In this document: positions 50,264 through 62,681 of the stretch, piece after piece
How positions within the stretch are numbered: position 1 is the stretch's first letter
Layout of the letters: each line of letters begins with the position of its first letter
Assembly: GCF_006345805.1 (NCBI RefSeq)
Contig: NC_043001.1
Coordinates: 124,062,001-124,126,000, forward strand
Length of the DNA: 64,000 bases
DNA from: Octopus sinensis
Lineage: Eukaryota
Direction of reading: 5' to 3'
The notes under the pieces: model-generated
What the model was told of the DNA's origin: nothing
Database searches by the model: none
What the model saw: the letters and a program-made list of their open reading frames with translations, nothing else
Position numbers and translations under genes: made by a program

Positions 50264-51676
50264 CACACACATTATATCAACATTATTTATGATTGTCGGA
50301 TTTGATTGAGGGATACTACTCCTTGCAGGTAGAGAGGCTACATATATATATTTCTTCATTTGCTTAAGATGTTTTCTCCTACATAATTTAGTAATAAACA
50401 TTTCCAATCATTTCTTCTCTTTATTCTGAGAGAGCCTCTTCATTTTAGTCAAGCCTGCTGGAAATAACAAACAAGTAACACCCGATCGCTTTTCCACAAT
50501 GAGGCCAAATTGGATAAAGTAGTTAGAGGTAAAATATGTCGAAAAAAGGTCATTAAGGAACTCAGTGACAACTGGTCGTCATGAACCGAACTGTTCCCTG
50601 GGGTTAGACAGTAACAATTGCAATAGTAGCAATTTTTTCCTGTTTTTAACGAGCACGTAAACAATAAATATATCAGTATATCTTATATGCGAATAACATT
50701 TGCAGCCATACATTGCTGAAAATTTGCAGCAACAGTATTAAATTTGTCAAACAGTAACCATGTTAACCGCACGCTTCTCTCTATATTTTCTCTGTAGTTT
50801 TGTAATCGGGCTTTCAATGTAACTTTTATTCCGAATCAGTAACAAACCAATTAAGAGTTACCGTTGTTCACTCCAACGAACAGAAAGTTTATCACGACAT
50901 AACATGCTGCTTGTTTGGTCACGGCGTTTTGCCAATTAATATGGAAAGTGTAGCCATTGTGCATGTTAGCATTTGATGTTTGCTTTGGGTTTTTCTTGTT
51001 TTTCTAAATAAATGTATTGTAGCAAGACAACCCCAAATTATCAGCTAACTAAATGTCAGTTGGTAGTTGTTGGATTGCTTAGCTGATATATCGAACGACC
51101 ATATACACCTCACTAGATAGATCAGACCCAGTTTGTAGATATTTACAGTTGTAACTATTTCTCTACATATATTTATAATATTTCATCATTAGTTCATAGC
51201 TAGGTGTGCCTCGGTGGTTAGGGTGTTTGACTTCAAATCATAAGCCTCTTCGTTTCATACTTAAACACATCCTTCAGCAAAGCACTTACACTTTTAACAA
51301 GCAGGAAGAGGCTCCCTCTATCTCCTCACTCCTGTTCTCGAACTCGCTTTTTGCACATTTTGAGCTGACTAGACGGTTGAAAGCCTTGTCAGCTCAAAAT
51401 GGCATTCTGACAAACTGCCAGTGATATCATGTAATATCGACAAAGTTTCTAACATCCATTCTTCACACAATATTTTCATGCGCGTCGTGGGGACACAGTC
51501 CTCTAAGACGTCCTTCACAGGGTCTTTTCTTTAACAACCATCAGCAAATATTCAATATTCCCAAGCGAGTATACCCAATGTTAAAGACATTATCCAACAA
51601 TGTTCCATGTGGTGTACACTTGGGTCTCTGGCAGTAAAATCTATCCCGTAATTCTATCCTGTAATTCTATTCTGAA

Positions 51677-52032
51677 ATTGTAAGGTATACTAGCCATCTC
51701 AATATGGCTAACCACTAAGGGTGGGGGTTACTGTAGCTTGTAGCCCCAGGAGATCATCGTCTCCTGCTGGCTTTAGGCACACTTTCTGTGCCCTTTTGGT
51801 ATTTGCAAGGGGAGGTCATCCCTCCCTCGTCAACCTAGGTGACACGCACGGACTGCAGTTTCTAGGTATTTGCCTGTCTTCAGCGTACGGCAGTCACCGG
51901 TTGTCGATGAAGGGGGTCCCAAAGCAAATCTTTATATCGTTTTCCCAGTACCTTTTCGTCACTTATCTCGAAAAACTGTATGCAAGCAATAATATATCTC
52001 TGAAATTGTTTTCTCAAATATTTTGAACACAT
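51677..52032 (-). mobile_element. ~355-nt hammerhead-bearing element, single monomer (retrozyme-like)
   Basis: Reverse complement is colinear with 58813-59164; boundaries approximate. Confidence 0.75.
51838..51898 (-). ncRNA. Type I hammerhead ribozyme, intact core
   Basis: GGTGAC-TGC-CGTACG-CTGAAGA-C-AGG-CAAATA-CCT-A-GAAA-CTGCAG-TC/CGTGCG-T-GTCACC. GUC triplet; predicted cut between 51851 and 51850. Confidence 0.85.
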
Positions 52033-52859
52033 ACCTGTTGTATTGAAGTTGTAACACCTCAATGCAAAAACTCAGTGGTTCGAACTGGAATGATCCTCTC
52101 ATATCCGAGTAATGCCGCACACCTTCAGGAACGCTATTCTGTGAACCTTCAGAGAAACCTCATTCTGGCCGCTTGTAAATGACTCAAGAACAAAGCTTGC
52201 GCAATCTCGATTCTCAGTATAAATACGGACTGTGAAACTGTGGCCTATCAATCTTTTACAAATAACGTGTTCGACAACGGCATTGAGTATTTTGATAGAA
52301 AACTGGCTTAACCTAAAATGTGGTTTTACATTGAAACTGCACCTTTGTATACATACATTATACATACATGTATATATGTATATACAATTATAATAAACAT
52401 ATATATCTAAATGTACAAGAATAGCCATATATATACATACGCATACATACATAAAGTCTGAAGGTATACTACACGTTTATACAGAAACAAACTCACACAC
52501 TAAGGCACACACACTCACACACACATGCACATATACATACATACATACATATAGTTTCACAGTCCATACACACATACATACGCTAATCAGGGATTTTTTT
52601 TCATATACAGAAAATAAAGGTGTGAGTCGGATATTACCCAGTGTGGAAATTTAGGAGGTGTCTCGTGGATATACGAAGTTTGCAAAAATCCTGAAAGTTT
52701 CAAACATCCACAACTACGTAAACGCAGCCCGTATGGTGAGCACAGTGCTGTTCTAGTCATCCACTGTGAACAAAGCTTTTCAGTTTCTGTGAATCAAACA
52801 TTAAATGAAATTGATCTCGTTCATAGGCACAAAAGAAGAAACTTTAAGGAATTTAAATA

Positions 52860-53069
52860 GGCGCAGGAGTGGCTGTGTGGTAAATAGCTTGCTAACCAAC
52901 CACATAGTTCCGGGTTCAGTCCCACTGCGTGGCATCTTCGGCAAGCGCCTTCTGCTATAGCCCCGGGCAGACCAATGCCTTGTGAGTGGATTTGGTAGAC
53001 AGAAACTGAAAGAAGCCTGTCGTATATATGTATATATATTATATATATATAATATATATATATATATAT

Positions 53070-53100
<31 letters not shown>

Positions 53101-53295
53101 TTGTTTGCGTGTCTGTGTTTGCCCACCTAGCATTGCTTGACAACCGATGTTGGTATGTTTATGTCCCCGTTACTTAGCGGTTCAGCAAAAGAAATCCGAT
53201 ATAATAAGTACTGGGCTTACAAAAAGAATAAGTCCCGGGGTCGAGTTGCTCGATTAAAGGCGGTACTTGAAACAAGTAAAAGAGTAAAAGAGAGT
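52860..53295 (+). mobile_element. SINE family C, full length
   Basis: Head, internal (TA)n, tail with AAAGAGT repeats. Confidence 0.88.
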
Positions 53296-54514
53296 AAGAG
53301 AGGTGATTATATCAACTCCAGTATTTGACTGGTACTTTCCTTTGTCGATCCCAAAGAATAACAGACAAAGTTGATCAGAGTGGGATTTGAAAGTTTTAAA
53401 TCTAATATATTACTTAATAAATAACGAATAACACATGGTTATCGGTTCTATGGTATCTCAAAATTTTCACATACTCACGCGGGTACGTCAACATAGTAGG
53501 GCATCACGAAACGGTTTACGAAAGAAAGTATTTGGATACTCCTACTCTCCAAACTAATGAAGTTTGAAATTATAATATAGGGGTCCACATATACTTGAAC
53601 ATATATATTTACTTATACTTAACTTTTGAAATACCCTCTGAAATACTCCGTATAAGAGGAGATTATATATTTTCGAAACTAATGTTTCATTAATTAATTT
53701 TGTGTTATTTATGGGCATGCTGATACCTTTAAATGTATACAATAAACTTCGAATATATCATAATAGCGGTATATCTGAGAGAACATTTGCTGCCATTCAA
53801 ACCGTTTAAGGGAAAAATGTTGCTTCGCTGTCGAGCCGAACTATTCATGTGTTTGCTTTCTGTCGATTAATATTAATAAAACGGATACATAAGCATTTAT
53901 CTTCGACCAACAGCAACAAATACAGTTGGCTGCTTGATTATTTGTGAAGAGAGGTATACCTAAAAGGACGATAAGCTCTAATGAGTTTAGCATATAATTG
54001 TGATACTAAAAACTAAACAACGGGAACCAAACTGTGTTGAAGATTTGGTTCGTTTGCGCTGAACACATATATTCCGATGCTTGCTACATCAAAAGATTAG
54101 TTTCCATTATATCATCCTGACACAATTTTATTAAACACAGTTAAACAATTTCTTCTAGACGGGAATTCTTTACTCCATGATTAAAAATCCGGAAATCGTA
54201 TTCACTAAAGCCCATTTCAACCTACAAATCAATTTATAACAACGTATCTATTTATTACATCCATATATAACGTTCAATCCCATATCCAACAAGTTACGAA
54301 TACGTTAGAGTGTCGCAAGAAGATCAGAAAAACAGAAACATCGTGGGGGGTATCTCGAGATCCATTCATTTCGTTTAGCTATTTCACGTTGAGTTTTGTC
54401 ATAGAGAAAAAAGACTTGGTAGAATGCTCTTCCGTCGACATATTCACGTAGTATAAAACTTAAATTTAGTAAAGGAAACATTGAGTTGGGGTGGTCATAA
54501 CTATACTGTGGTTG

Positions 54515-54573
54515 TTTCTTTTCTTCTGTAGTTTCAGCTCAGAGCTGCGGCCATGCTGATACACGGCCGTTAG
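54515..54573 (-). mobile_element. SINE/LINE-type 3' tail fragment abutting the 5S copy
   Basis: Minus CTAACGGCCGTGTATCAGCATGGCCGCAGCTCTGAGCTGAAAC aligns with tails CTAAAGGCGGTGCTCCAGCATGGCCGCAG (family C) and 23205-23250. Confidence 0.7.
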
Positions 54574-54697
54574 AAAAACGTTTACAGCATCTAGGTTTCC
54601 CAAGCGGTCACCCATCTAAGTACTAACTAGGCTCGAATTTGCTTAACTTCAGTGATCGGACGAGAACCGGTGTTTTCAAAATGATATGGCCAAGAAA
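54574..54697 (-). pseudogene. 5S rRNA pseudogene, nearly full length
   Basis: Minus GGCCATATCATTTTGAAAACACCGGTTCTCGTCCGATCACTGAAGTTAAGC...GTTAGTACTTAGATGGGTGACCGCTTGGGAA...GCTGTA then TTTTT. Scattered substitutions, single copy. Confidence 0.92.
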
Positions 54698-55850
54698 GTA
54701 AAACAACTAAAATAGTTGAAAATAGCGTTTTTTAAAATCTGGTTGATACCATCGCTCGTGAGCTGGGGCGTGTGGATTCCATAGTGGATGAAAAATAGTA
54801 ATGGTGCGCTTTGGAAGAGTATGATGGTTAGAAGGAGTGTGATTTTCGCTAGAATTATATTTGTACCACGTACAGTATTTACAATTTTCTTACGTTTTCC
54901 AACGACAGTAGAGTATGCGTTACACGTAGTTTACCGTCATTTGAAAACAGGATTGATGACTTTCTAGGCTACAATATAAGGAAACTCCATTCTTTACTAA
55001 TTATCATGACCTTTTAAAATAGTTGGCTTTAGTCAACGGGAATATCTAAAAAAGAGGCGCACAGTGATGGAGCACTTACAAGAAATTATGGATAATAAAC
55101 CATTACATAAAACAGATTGTGTTTGATTGAAATAACTGGTGTTCATTTTTGCTTGCTTTCCAAAACACATGAAGGAGACACTTATATATATATATATATA
55201 TATAAACACTCGGTAATAGCCGGCGCCGAGTTACAAATGTTTGAGAATCAATGGTGTAAACGAAACCGAAAAGCAGCTTCGATTCCACAAGATACATGAA
55301 TTCTTCTTTGAGTTGGAATATAGTCATATTTTTCATGATATGGTAGCAATGATAATAAATAATAATTTCGTTTCTCTTGGCGCGAGATCCAATATTTACG
55401 AAAATAGCTAACTGTATTACTGCTATTTTCCAGCTTTTCGAGTGTAATTAGTGATGTAAGTGACGAGGAATAAACAACATACTAATAAAATCGAAACTAA
55501 ATTTTGGCCTCAACTTACCAAGTGATTACCACTTGCTTCTACACAGCTCACTGCTATTAGGTATGATAGTAATGATACCACTATGGTTATTGGGAGAATA
55601 ATAACTAGGATAATTACGTTTGGAAAGAAGCAACAAGCGAAACAATATTATTGCCAAAACCGGTTAAACTGGTTTTCATCTACGAAGTAATGATTTCTTC
55701 TGGTATATATTAAGACACATTTTGAGACGACAATCAGCAGGGTCATCATCTTCAAATGATATGCATGCATACATCCATCCATCCATATACAAGTATATGA
55801 GTATATATATATATGTGTGTATGTGAATGTCTATGCATATATGTGTGTGG

Positions 55851-55883
<33 letters not shown>

Positions 55884-55900
55884 GTTATAATCTATGTATG

Positions 55901-56030
<130 letters not shown>

Positions 56031-56527
56031 TAATATATATATTTATATATATATTTAAAACTACTAACAGAAATTATACTTAGCGATTGAAGAGACTCTG
56101 CAGCAAAAGATAATTACTACTGAAAATATCTAAATTGTGTTCAATAGTGTCAACAGTATGTGCTAGTAAAATACATCAATTTATGTGTACATTTAACAGA
56201 ATACCTGACAATGAAATGCGCTGCTTCAGATCAAATCAATACTGGATAAAATCCACCTAAAATAGCAGATGCAGAAGTAATCTAAAATTTTAGGAATAAA
56301 CGCAAATCAATGAATCTAGTTTGTATGGTTGGCTAGAAATTGGATGCAATTGGAAGATTATCGAGTGCCGCGGAAATCGGGTGAAAGTTGAAAGTGTAAT
56401 TTTAAAATTCGAAAATATGTCTGCTTGTAGACATATTTAACATGTATTTATTATGAAAAGCGTCCGACATATCCATCCATCCATCCATCCATCTATACAT
56501 ACATACATACATACATACATACATACA

Positions 56528-56562
<35 letters not shown>

Positions 56563-57529
56563 GTATATATATAGGTTCAGCAAAAATTTAGATTCAAATG
56601 AATATGGTACTTAATTTAGATGCACCGGAATTCTATATGGTGTTATCCATAAAAATCCGTGGGGTGATTATAATCAAAATTGCTTATTTTGATTATATAT
56701 AATATATATATATATATATATATTGTTATGAAAATGTTTTAGTTTGAAAGAAAAAGGTGGATTTTCAATTAGGCATATAGATTCGAACCTGAATCTACAG
56801 AATACCCTTTTAGCGTACCACAGCACATTCTCAAGAAGCTCAACACATCGCCGATGCCAGGTCGATTTGTGTATTCTCCACTTGACCTTTTTGACTCCTC
56901 CTTTTCAAACATTAGTTGACAGGAGATAAAGTAGATACCTACGGCCGTTCCCATTGTTTTCAGAGCGGTATGTCCCTCTTTCTTGCCGTGTTACGATAAT
57001 TAGAAATACAGATTAAAGTCAGTTAGTGAAGAGAGGTTGGCGAGATGACCAGGGAACGTGACAACTAGCTCACTTTAGAATGGCAAATGTCATTCTGTCC
57101 TCCTTGACAGCTGCTGAAATAACATGCAGAACGTTGGCATCATTCAGTCTTTCACCTCTATCCACTGACTCTATCACCCTATAAGGGTTTATCACTACTA
57201 CTAACGACATAAACAGTAAACAACAACACAAGAGGACAACATTAAGAATGACCTCCCTTTTGCTTTGATCGCCTTTCGAGGATTTGCTATGCGTCAAGGA
57301 ACTCCGCCTGTCTTTAAGAACTGATATGTATATTCAACTATTTGTTACAACTCTGCGTTTGAACTCTGATATTTTGTGACGACTTATGTTTTGGACTCAA
57401 ATATTTATAACAGCTTTGAGGTGCCTTCGTTCTGTGTGTTTTATGCCATTCATCTTTATTAAATACATGTTTTGTTCCTTCTCGAACCATGTTTTTTTGG
57501 GGGGTGATGAGTCTACCCCACAGATCATT

Positions 57530-58414
57530 CTATTTTTGAGGGATACGGGACCCCTTCAGTCTCGGCGGACTCAGAAGTTTCAATTCGGAGTATATGGGGC
57601 AATTTTTCTGCTCCTCTCCATTTGGTGAGTTTAAATTCAGATTTAATTGCTGGTGAGGTGAAATTAGGTGTTGTTGACTCTTTCCCAGGTGCAGGTATCG
57701 ATATGTTGTTAGAGAATGATATTATTGGATCCAAAGTTGCGGCTGAACCTGTTGCCACCGTTTCTCCAGAGTGATCTGTTAGTGCAGGAAAATCGGAGGA
57801 GGACTTTCTTGATATTTTTCCTTATGCAGTGACTTGTTAAATGTCGGAGGACATTTCTTTTAAGACTTCTCAGCCGAATGATCCATCTTTTGATCTGTCG
57901 GGGAACATCATGGATCATTCTGTTTACAATTTAGAGGCTGATGACGTATCTACAAGTATTCTTGATAAATCTGATAGTTGGTAAGGAGGTGACCACGTTC
58001 GTTCTAGGGAGCGAATCATTAATGCACAGGGTAAGGACGCTGAATTGCAAGAATTAGCTGATAAGGCTATTTCTTTCGAGGAGCTTAGTAAGGTTTCGGC
58101 TTGTTGCTATTTTAATAAAAGACGGTTGTGTCATGAAGACAAGGTTGAACATTTTGATGATGATGTTAGCAATGCTAAATTTAATGTCCGTAGTGTTAGT
58201 GTTTCATTTAAATCAACCAATTCTAATGTATTGACTCATCTTGATGAGAAATTGTTGCATTTGTTCATTGAGCAGAAAACTCAATTGCCAGATTTCTCAC
58301 ATTTATTTTCGGGTGTGCCTGGCCAAACTAACATCGTTAGGTGATGCTGTTAAGCAACATCCGCATCGGATGAATTCCGTGAAAAATGAAACAATGCGGA
58401 AAGAAGAAGTGAAA
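57530..58414 (+). pseudogene. Gypsy LTR-retrotransposon protease/RT-proximal remnant
   Basis: LRDTG protease motif, SDLIAGEVKLGVVDSFPGAGIDML, LFSGVPGQT, GDAVKQHPHRMN..KEEV; frameshifted, large internal deletion. Confidence 0.75.
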
Positions 58415-58633
58415 GCCACGGCTACGTTGGTGTACCAGAAGATAACCACTTCTTATGACATTTTAAAACATGATGAACACAGAAATGATAGCAGTTACAT
58501 GGTGGCTCATCCAGAGGAATACTACCTTGATTATTTCTATTTCTATCGCACTCTGGTGCCAAAAGTTGATGTTGAAATTGTCATAGCTGTTACCGTTTCT
58601 GTCGCATCTGTTATTCAGTATTTAAATGCATGG
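58415..58633 (+). pseudogene. DNAJC25: DnaJ subfamily C member 25-like fragment
   Basis: YQKITTSYDILKHDEHRNDSSYMVAHPEEYYLDYFYFYRTLVPKVDVEIVIAVTVSVASVIQY resembles the recalled DNAJC25 segment [47 protein letters not shown]. Confidence 0.8.
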
Positions 58634-58753
58634 GAAGGTAATATTACAGTTGTCAAAATGTTACGGACACAGGATGATGAATTAACTTTTAAGAGCAGAG
58701 ACAATGTTCGTGCTAATGCACTTCCTGAACTGAAAAGTTCAGAACATTATTGT

Positions 58754-59164
58754 TACAGTAGCATCAACCCTTAGGGGTTAGCCATATTTAAATGGTAAAT
58801 ATACGTCACGATGTGTTGTAGCTACAGTTTATAACTCTCTCTGAGATTTATTATTGCTTGTTTGCACTTTTTCGATATCAGTGTCTATCGATACTGGAAA
58901 ACGTTTAAGTATTTGTGAAGGGAACCTACTTCTCATCGACAACTGTGATTGCCACATGCCGAGGACGGGTCAATACCCAGAAACTCGAGTTCGTGTGTAT
59001 CATAAGCTGAAGACGAGAAGGATGGCTTCCCTTTGCAAATACTGATAAGGCACAGAAAGTGTGTCTATAGCCAGCTGGAGGAGGTGTCCTCCTGGGGCTA
59101 CAAACTACAGTAGCATCCACCCTTAGGGGTTAGCCATATTTAAATTGCAAATATACGTCACGAT
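58754..59164 (+). mobile_element. 352-nt hammerhead-bearing monomer plus 59-bp terminal repeat (retrozyme-like)
   Basis: 58754-58812 and 59106-59164 match at 56 of 59 positions; homologous to 51677-52032. Confidence 0.85.
58944..59004 (+). ncRNA. Type I hammerhead ribozyme fold, U4C core variant
   Basis: TGTGAT-TGC-CACATG-CCGAGGA-C-GGG-TCAATA-CCC-A-GAAA-CTCGAG-TT/CGTGTG-T-ATCATA; all stems covary with 51838-51898. Confidence 0.75.
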
Positions 59165-59459
59165 TGTTATTGTTATTTACATGATATTACTTGCTTGATT
59201 AATGATGCATCTGCATTGCGCTTGATGTTCCTATGTTTTGTTTCTGATATTGAATGTATTATCTTTGTTGTTGTAAAAGTAAAATTCTGAGAAACTTTCT
59301 TTTCCCTATGGGGGAGAGAGTTGTTGTGGAAATGTTTAACTTGGAAAGGAAAAAGGTGGATTTTCATATTGACTCGAACCTGAATCTACAAGATTCCATT
59401 CTAACGTATCACAGAAACTTGTCTCGGAGAGACAAGAATTGACAGTTGTGAAGCTGGGC

Positions 59460-59732
59460 ACTGGAATTTCAACATCAACATCAGGGTATTTTTGTTTGTA
59501 TGTATGTATGAAAATATGTATATATGTATGTATGCAGATTTGTATGTTTCATGTATATATTCTCATGCATATAGTTGCATATCTAGACATGCTCATATAT
59601 ATTGAAATGATAAACTTCTGGAAAGGTTTACAGATCATTACAGTTCCAGTGATGGATTAGATCTGTAGTCCTCAAATTAGCTTTCTCCTTCTGGTTTTGA
59701 TAAGCCTAATTTCTGAAGGTTGGTATTTAGGC
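59460..59732 (+). repeat. Dispersed repeat, partner of 7463-7720
   Basis: See 7463-7720. Confidence 0.8.
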
Positions 59733-59766
59733 AGTGTGTATGTATGTATGTATATATGTATGTATG

Positions 59767-59800
<34 letters not shown>

Positions 59801-60371
59801 TGTATGTATGTATGTGTGTATGTGAAACTGGAATGTGCAGATGAAGATACTATGGTGTTACGATATGTGTTGCTGTAGTATTGTGTTATTTAAATATATA
59901 ACATGTTTCTTGGGATGATATTGCTATATTTTTATTTTTACTCTATGATATTGTTACAGAGACTGCAACATTGATTAGCCACTCAAGTAAGTCTAATTCA
60001 CTGCATTAGATCTTAAAACATTATTTCTTTGGGAAAGGTTTCAACGCCTTGCTCTTTCCGTTTTAAAATATATTGTCGTCGCTACTCGGCAAACAAAGAA
60101 AAGAGAGACTGACAGGTAGACAAACAGACAAAGAAAGAAACTGAAGGAAATCTTTAAATATTGTCAGGGAGATGTAATATGAAATTCCAATTATTATGAA
60201 AGTTTGAATTGTACATGTATTTTAGTTTTATTTTGTATATATAGCTTTATGCTCTGGGTTATGAAAATTTACATGTTGACATAGACAGACGACAGTCATA
60301 AAATTGTTGTTTAGTTTGAGCATCAGTATATCGATATATATATATATACATATGGACAAACACACACATAC

Positions 60372-60452
<81 letters not shown>

Positions 60453-60931
60453 GTATACAGAAAAATAATAGATATGGAAAATTCCTGAAATCTGTCGTTA
60501 TGGGTGGAACATTTTGGAAAATTGCTTGGTTTAGAGCCTGATGGTGAGACGGTATTGTTGATAAGATGATAAAAGGCAAGGTTTTCGATTGCGCTTGAAT
60601 GAGGATGGTATACATCTGACTTGTTTTGAGAAGCAGAAACCAACGTAGTAGTGGCGTAATGGGCAAAGTGAAGAAACAGCATGTTCTCTGAACTAGAAGC
60701 TGTAGTATGCTTCTGAGTGATTATTTGCCAACTGCTTAAATCACTTTCTTTTTAAAGTGGCGCAGAAGGATTTTATATGCAACCATAGAGTCGTTCCAGA
60801 TAGGGGACAGGATTCCATTCTGGTGTTATATCGATCGTTATAGAGTGTCATTGGCTGAGTATTACTGCAGTATCTCCTGACGCTGAATAGGAAACCAGTT
60901 CTTTGAAATGTTACTTTCTTTTATGTTGCAG

Positions 60932-61008
60932 GGGTTGTGAGTGTCACAAATTGTTTCTTGAAGTTAATGACTCAGTCATATTTACCCCAACTTTGTCGTG
61001 GATGTTCT
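60932..61008 (+). other. Candidate 77-nt exon
   Basis: TTACTTTCTTTTATGTTGCAG| acceptor and |GTAAGA donor; two frames open; no homology recognised. Confidence 0.25.
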
Positions 61009-61029
61009 GTAAGAACAAACTATAAAGTA

Positions 61030-61455
61030 TCATCATCATCATCATCATCATCATCATCGTTTAACGTCCGTTCTCCATGCTAGCATGGGTTGGATGGTTC
61101 GACCGGGGATCTGGGAAGCCAGAAGGCTGCACCAGGCTCCAGGCTGATCTGGCAGTATTTCTACAGCTGGATGCCCTTCCTAACGCCAACCACTCCATGA
61201 GTGTAGTGGGTGCTTTTTACATGCCACCTGCACAGGTGCCAAGCGAGGCTGGCAACGACCACGATCGGATTGGTGCATTTTACGTGCCACCGGCACGGTA
61301 GCCAGTCAAGGCGGCGCTGGCATCGGCCACGATTCGGATGGTGGTTTTTACGTGCCACCGGCACGGAAGTCAGTCAATGCGGCGCTGGCATCGGCCACGA
61401 TTCGGATAGTGCTTTTTACGTGCCACCGGCACGGAAGCCAGTCTAGGCGGCGCTA
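61030..61455 (-). mobile_element. Retroposon 3' end with (GAT)n tail and internal 68-bp tandem repeats (RTE-like tail)
   Basis: Minus GGTTGGCGTTAGGAAGGGCATCCAGCTGTAGAAA...GGACGTTAAACGATGATGATG. TACGTGCCACCGGCACGG at 61281, 61349 and 61417. Confidence 0.7.
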
Positions 61456-62681
61456 TTTTACTATAGCTTGTTCTAACGGTACATCTACGTTTAAGTGGGG
61501 TTAAATATTATTTCGTGGTATAAATACTGCTTCTGTCGCTAATATATGCTTTATAAGGAGTCAATATGCCTGTGTGCTGCTGAAAGATACATGAGTGTCA
61601 CGTTCCGTCTCACTGACGAAAATTTTCTAGAACTTTGCTCATGGCATCAGTGTAGATTTAACCTGATATATCTGGTTTATATGCTGATGCTGTCTGTGTA
61701 CGGATCATTAGATGTGGCACTAAGTAGGTTATTTATGTACTATATGAAAATTATCTAAACATTGGTGTACAGCAGAGGTCAGCGTATGTGTGGGCTGGTC
61801 AGCTGATTTGAAGTAAACAAAGAAGGATATAGGTTATTATACAAAGAATCCAACTATTAACTGTGGCTATTCTGTGATTATTGATCACGACTTACGGTGT
61901 TCGACTCACAATCACCAAGTTTAATTGGTTCCTGGATTTTGGTAAATCGTTTTACGTTGCTTTAGCCTACTCAATCATTCACAACGTGGATGCTTTGCAG
62001 GGCCAGAGTTGAGCAAGTGAAGACGATATTCACGGCTACATACTCATCTAAAAACCATAAGTGAATGTATTGTACCTACCCTCCCTCCTAGTCATAGTCT
62101 CTCGCACGTCGTTTGTGCACTGTTTTCATATCTGCCTCTTGTATTTGCGATAAATCCTTTTGTTCAATCTTAAACATGACAGATGTTTTGTCCATACTAT
62201 ACTCAACTGCTACATTCAGAATTTCCAGCAAGTATGTATACGTTTCCTTGTTTTTAGATTTGATGGAGTATAATTTGGTTTTGGTTTTAGTTCAATGGAG
62301 CCACAATTACTCTGTTGTATATCACTGAGAGATAGTTATGTTAATAAGGTTCTGTGATAGTGGACACTAGCTATTTACTCTCAAATATAAGAAACACATT
62401 CTTCTATTCGATTTCGATTTTGATTCTGTTATATATGTTTTTGGAACAAAGCCAAAGGGAATTCTCAGAAGAATATATATTATTCCAAGTTATAGAAATA
62501 GAATCTTTATTATTGGAAGAGTCTAGACCATTATCGTTCTCTCGTGACAAAGAGAGCTTACATGAAGATGATAATAATATATAGATTTAGCAACAAAAAC
62601 AGAACAACAGCAACTACTAGTAGGAAGTAATATCTAAAACATGATCAACGAAAAAGAATGATAATGCAAAAATTGCTATTA

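Noticed and set aside
52099-52452. 117-aa minus-strand ORF
   Set aside because: Begins in microsatellite; no homology recognised.
57070-57297. 75-aa minus-strand ORF with hydrophobic stretch
   Set aside because: No family recognised; VVINPY resemblance to myosin does not extend.
59007-59030. Second CTGAAGA downstream of the hammerhead
   Set aside because: No stem II plus GAAA, and not conserved in the 51.8 kb copy.
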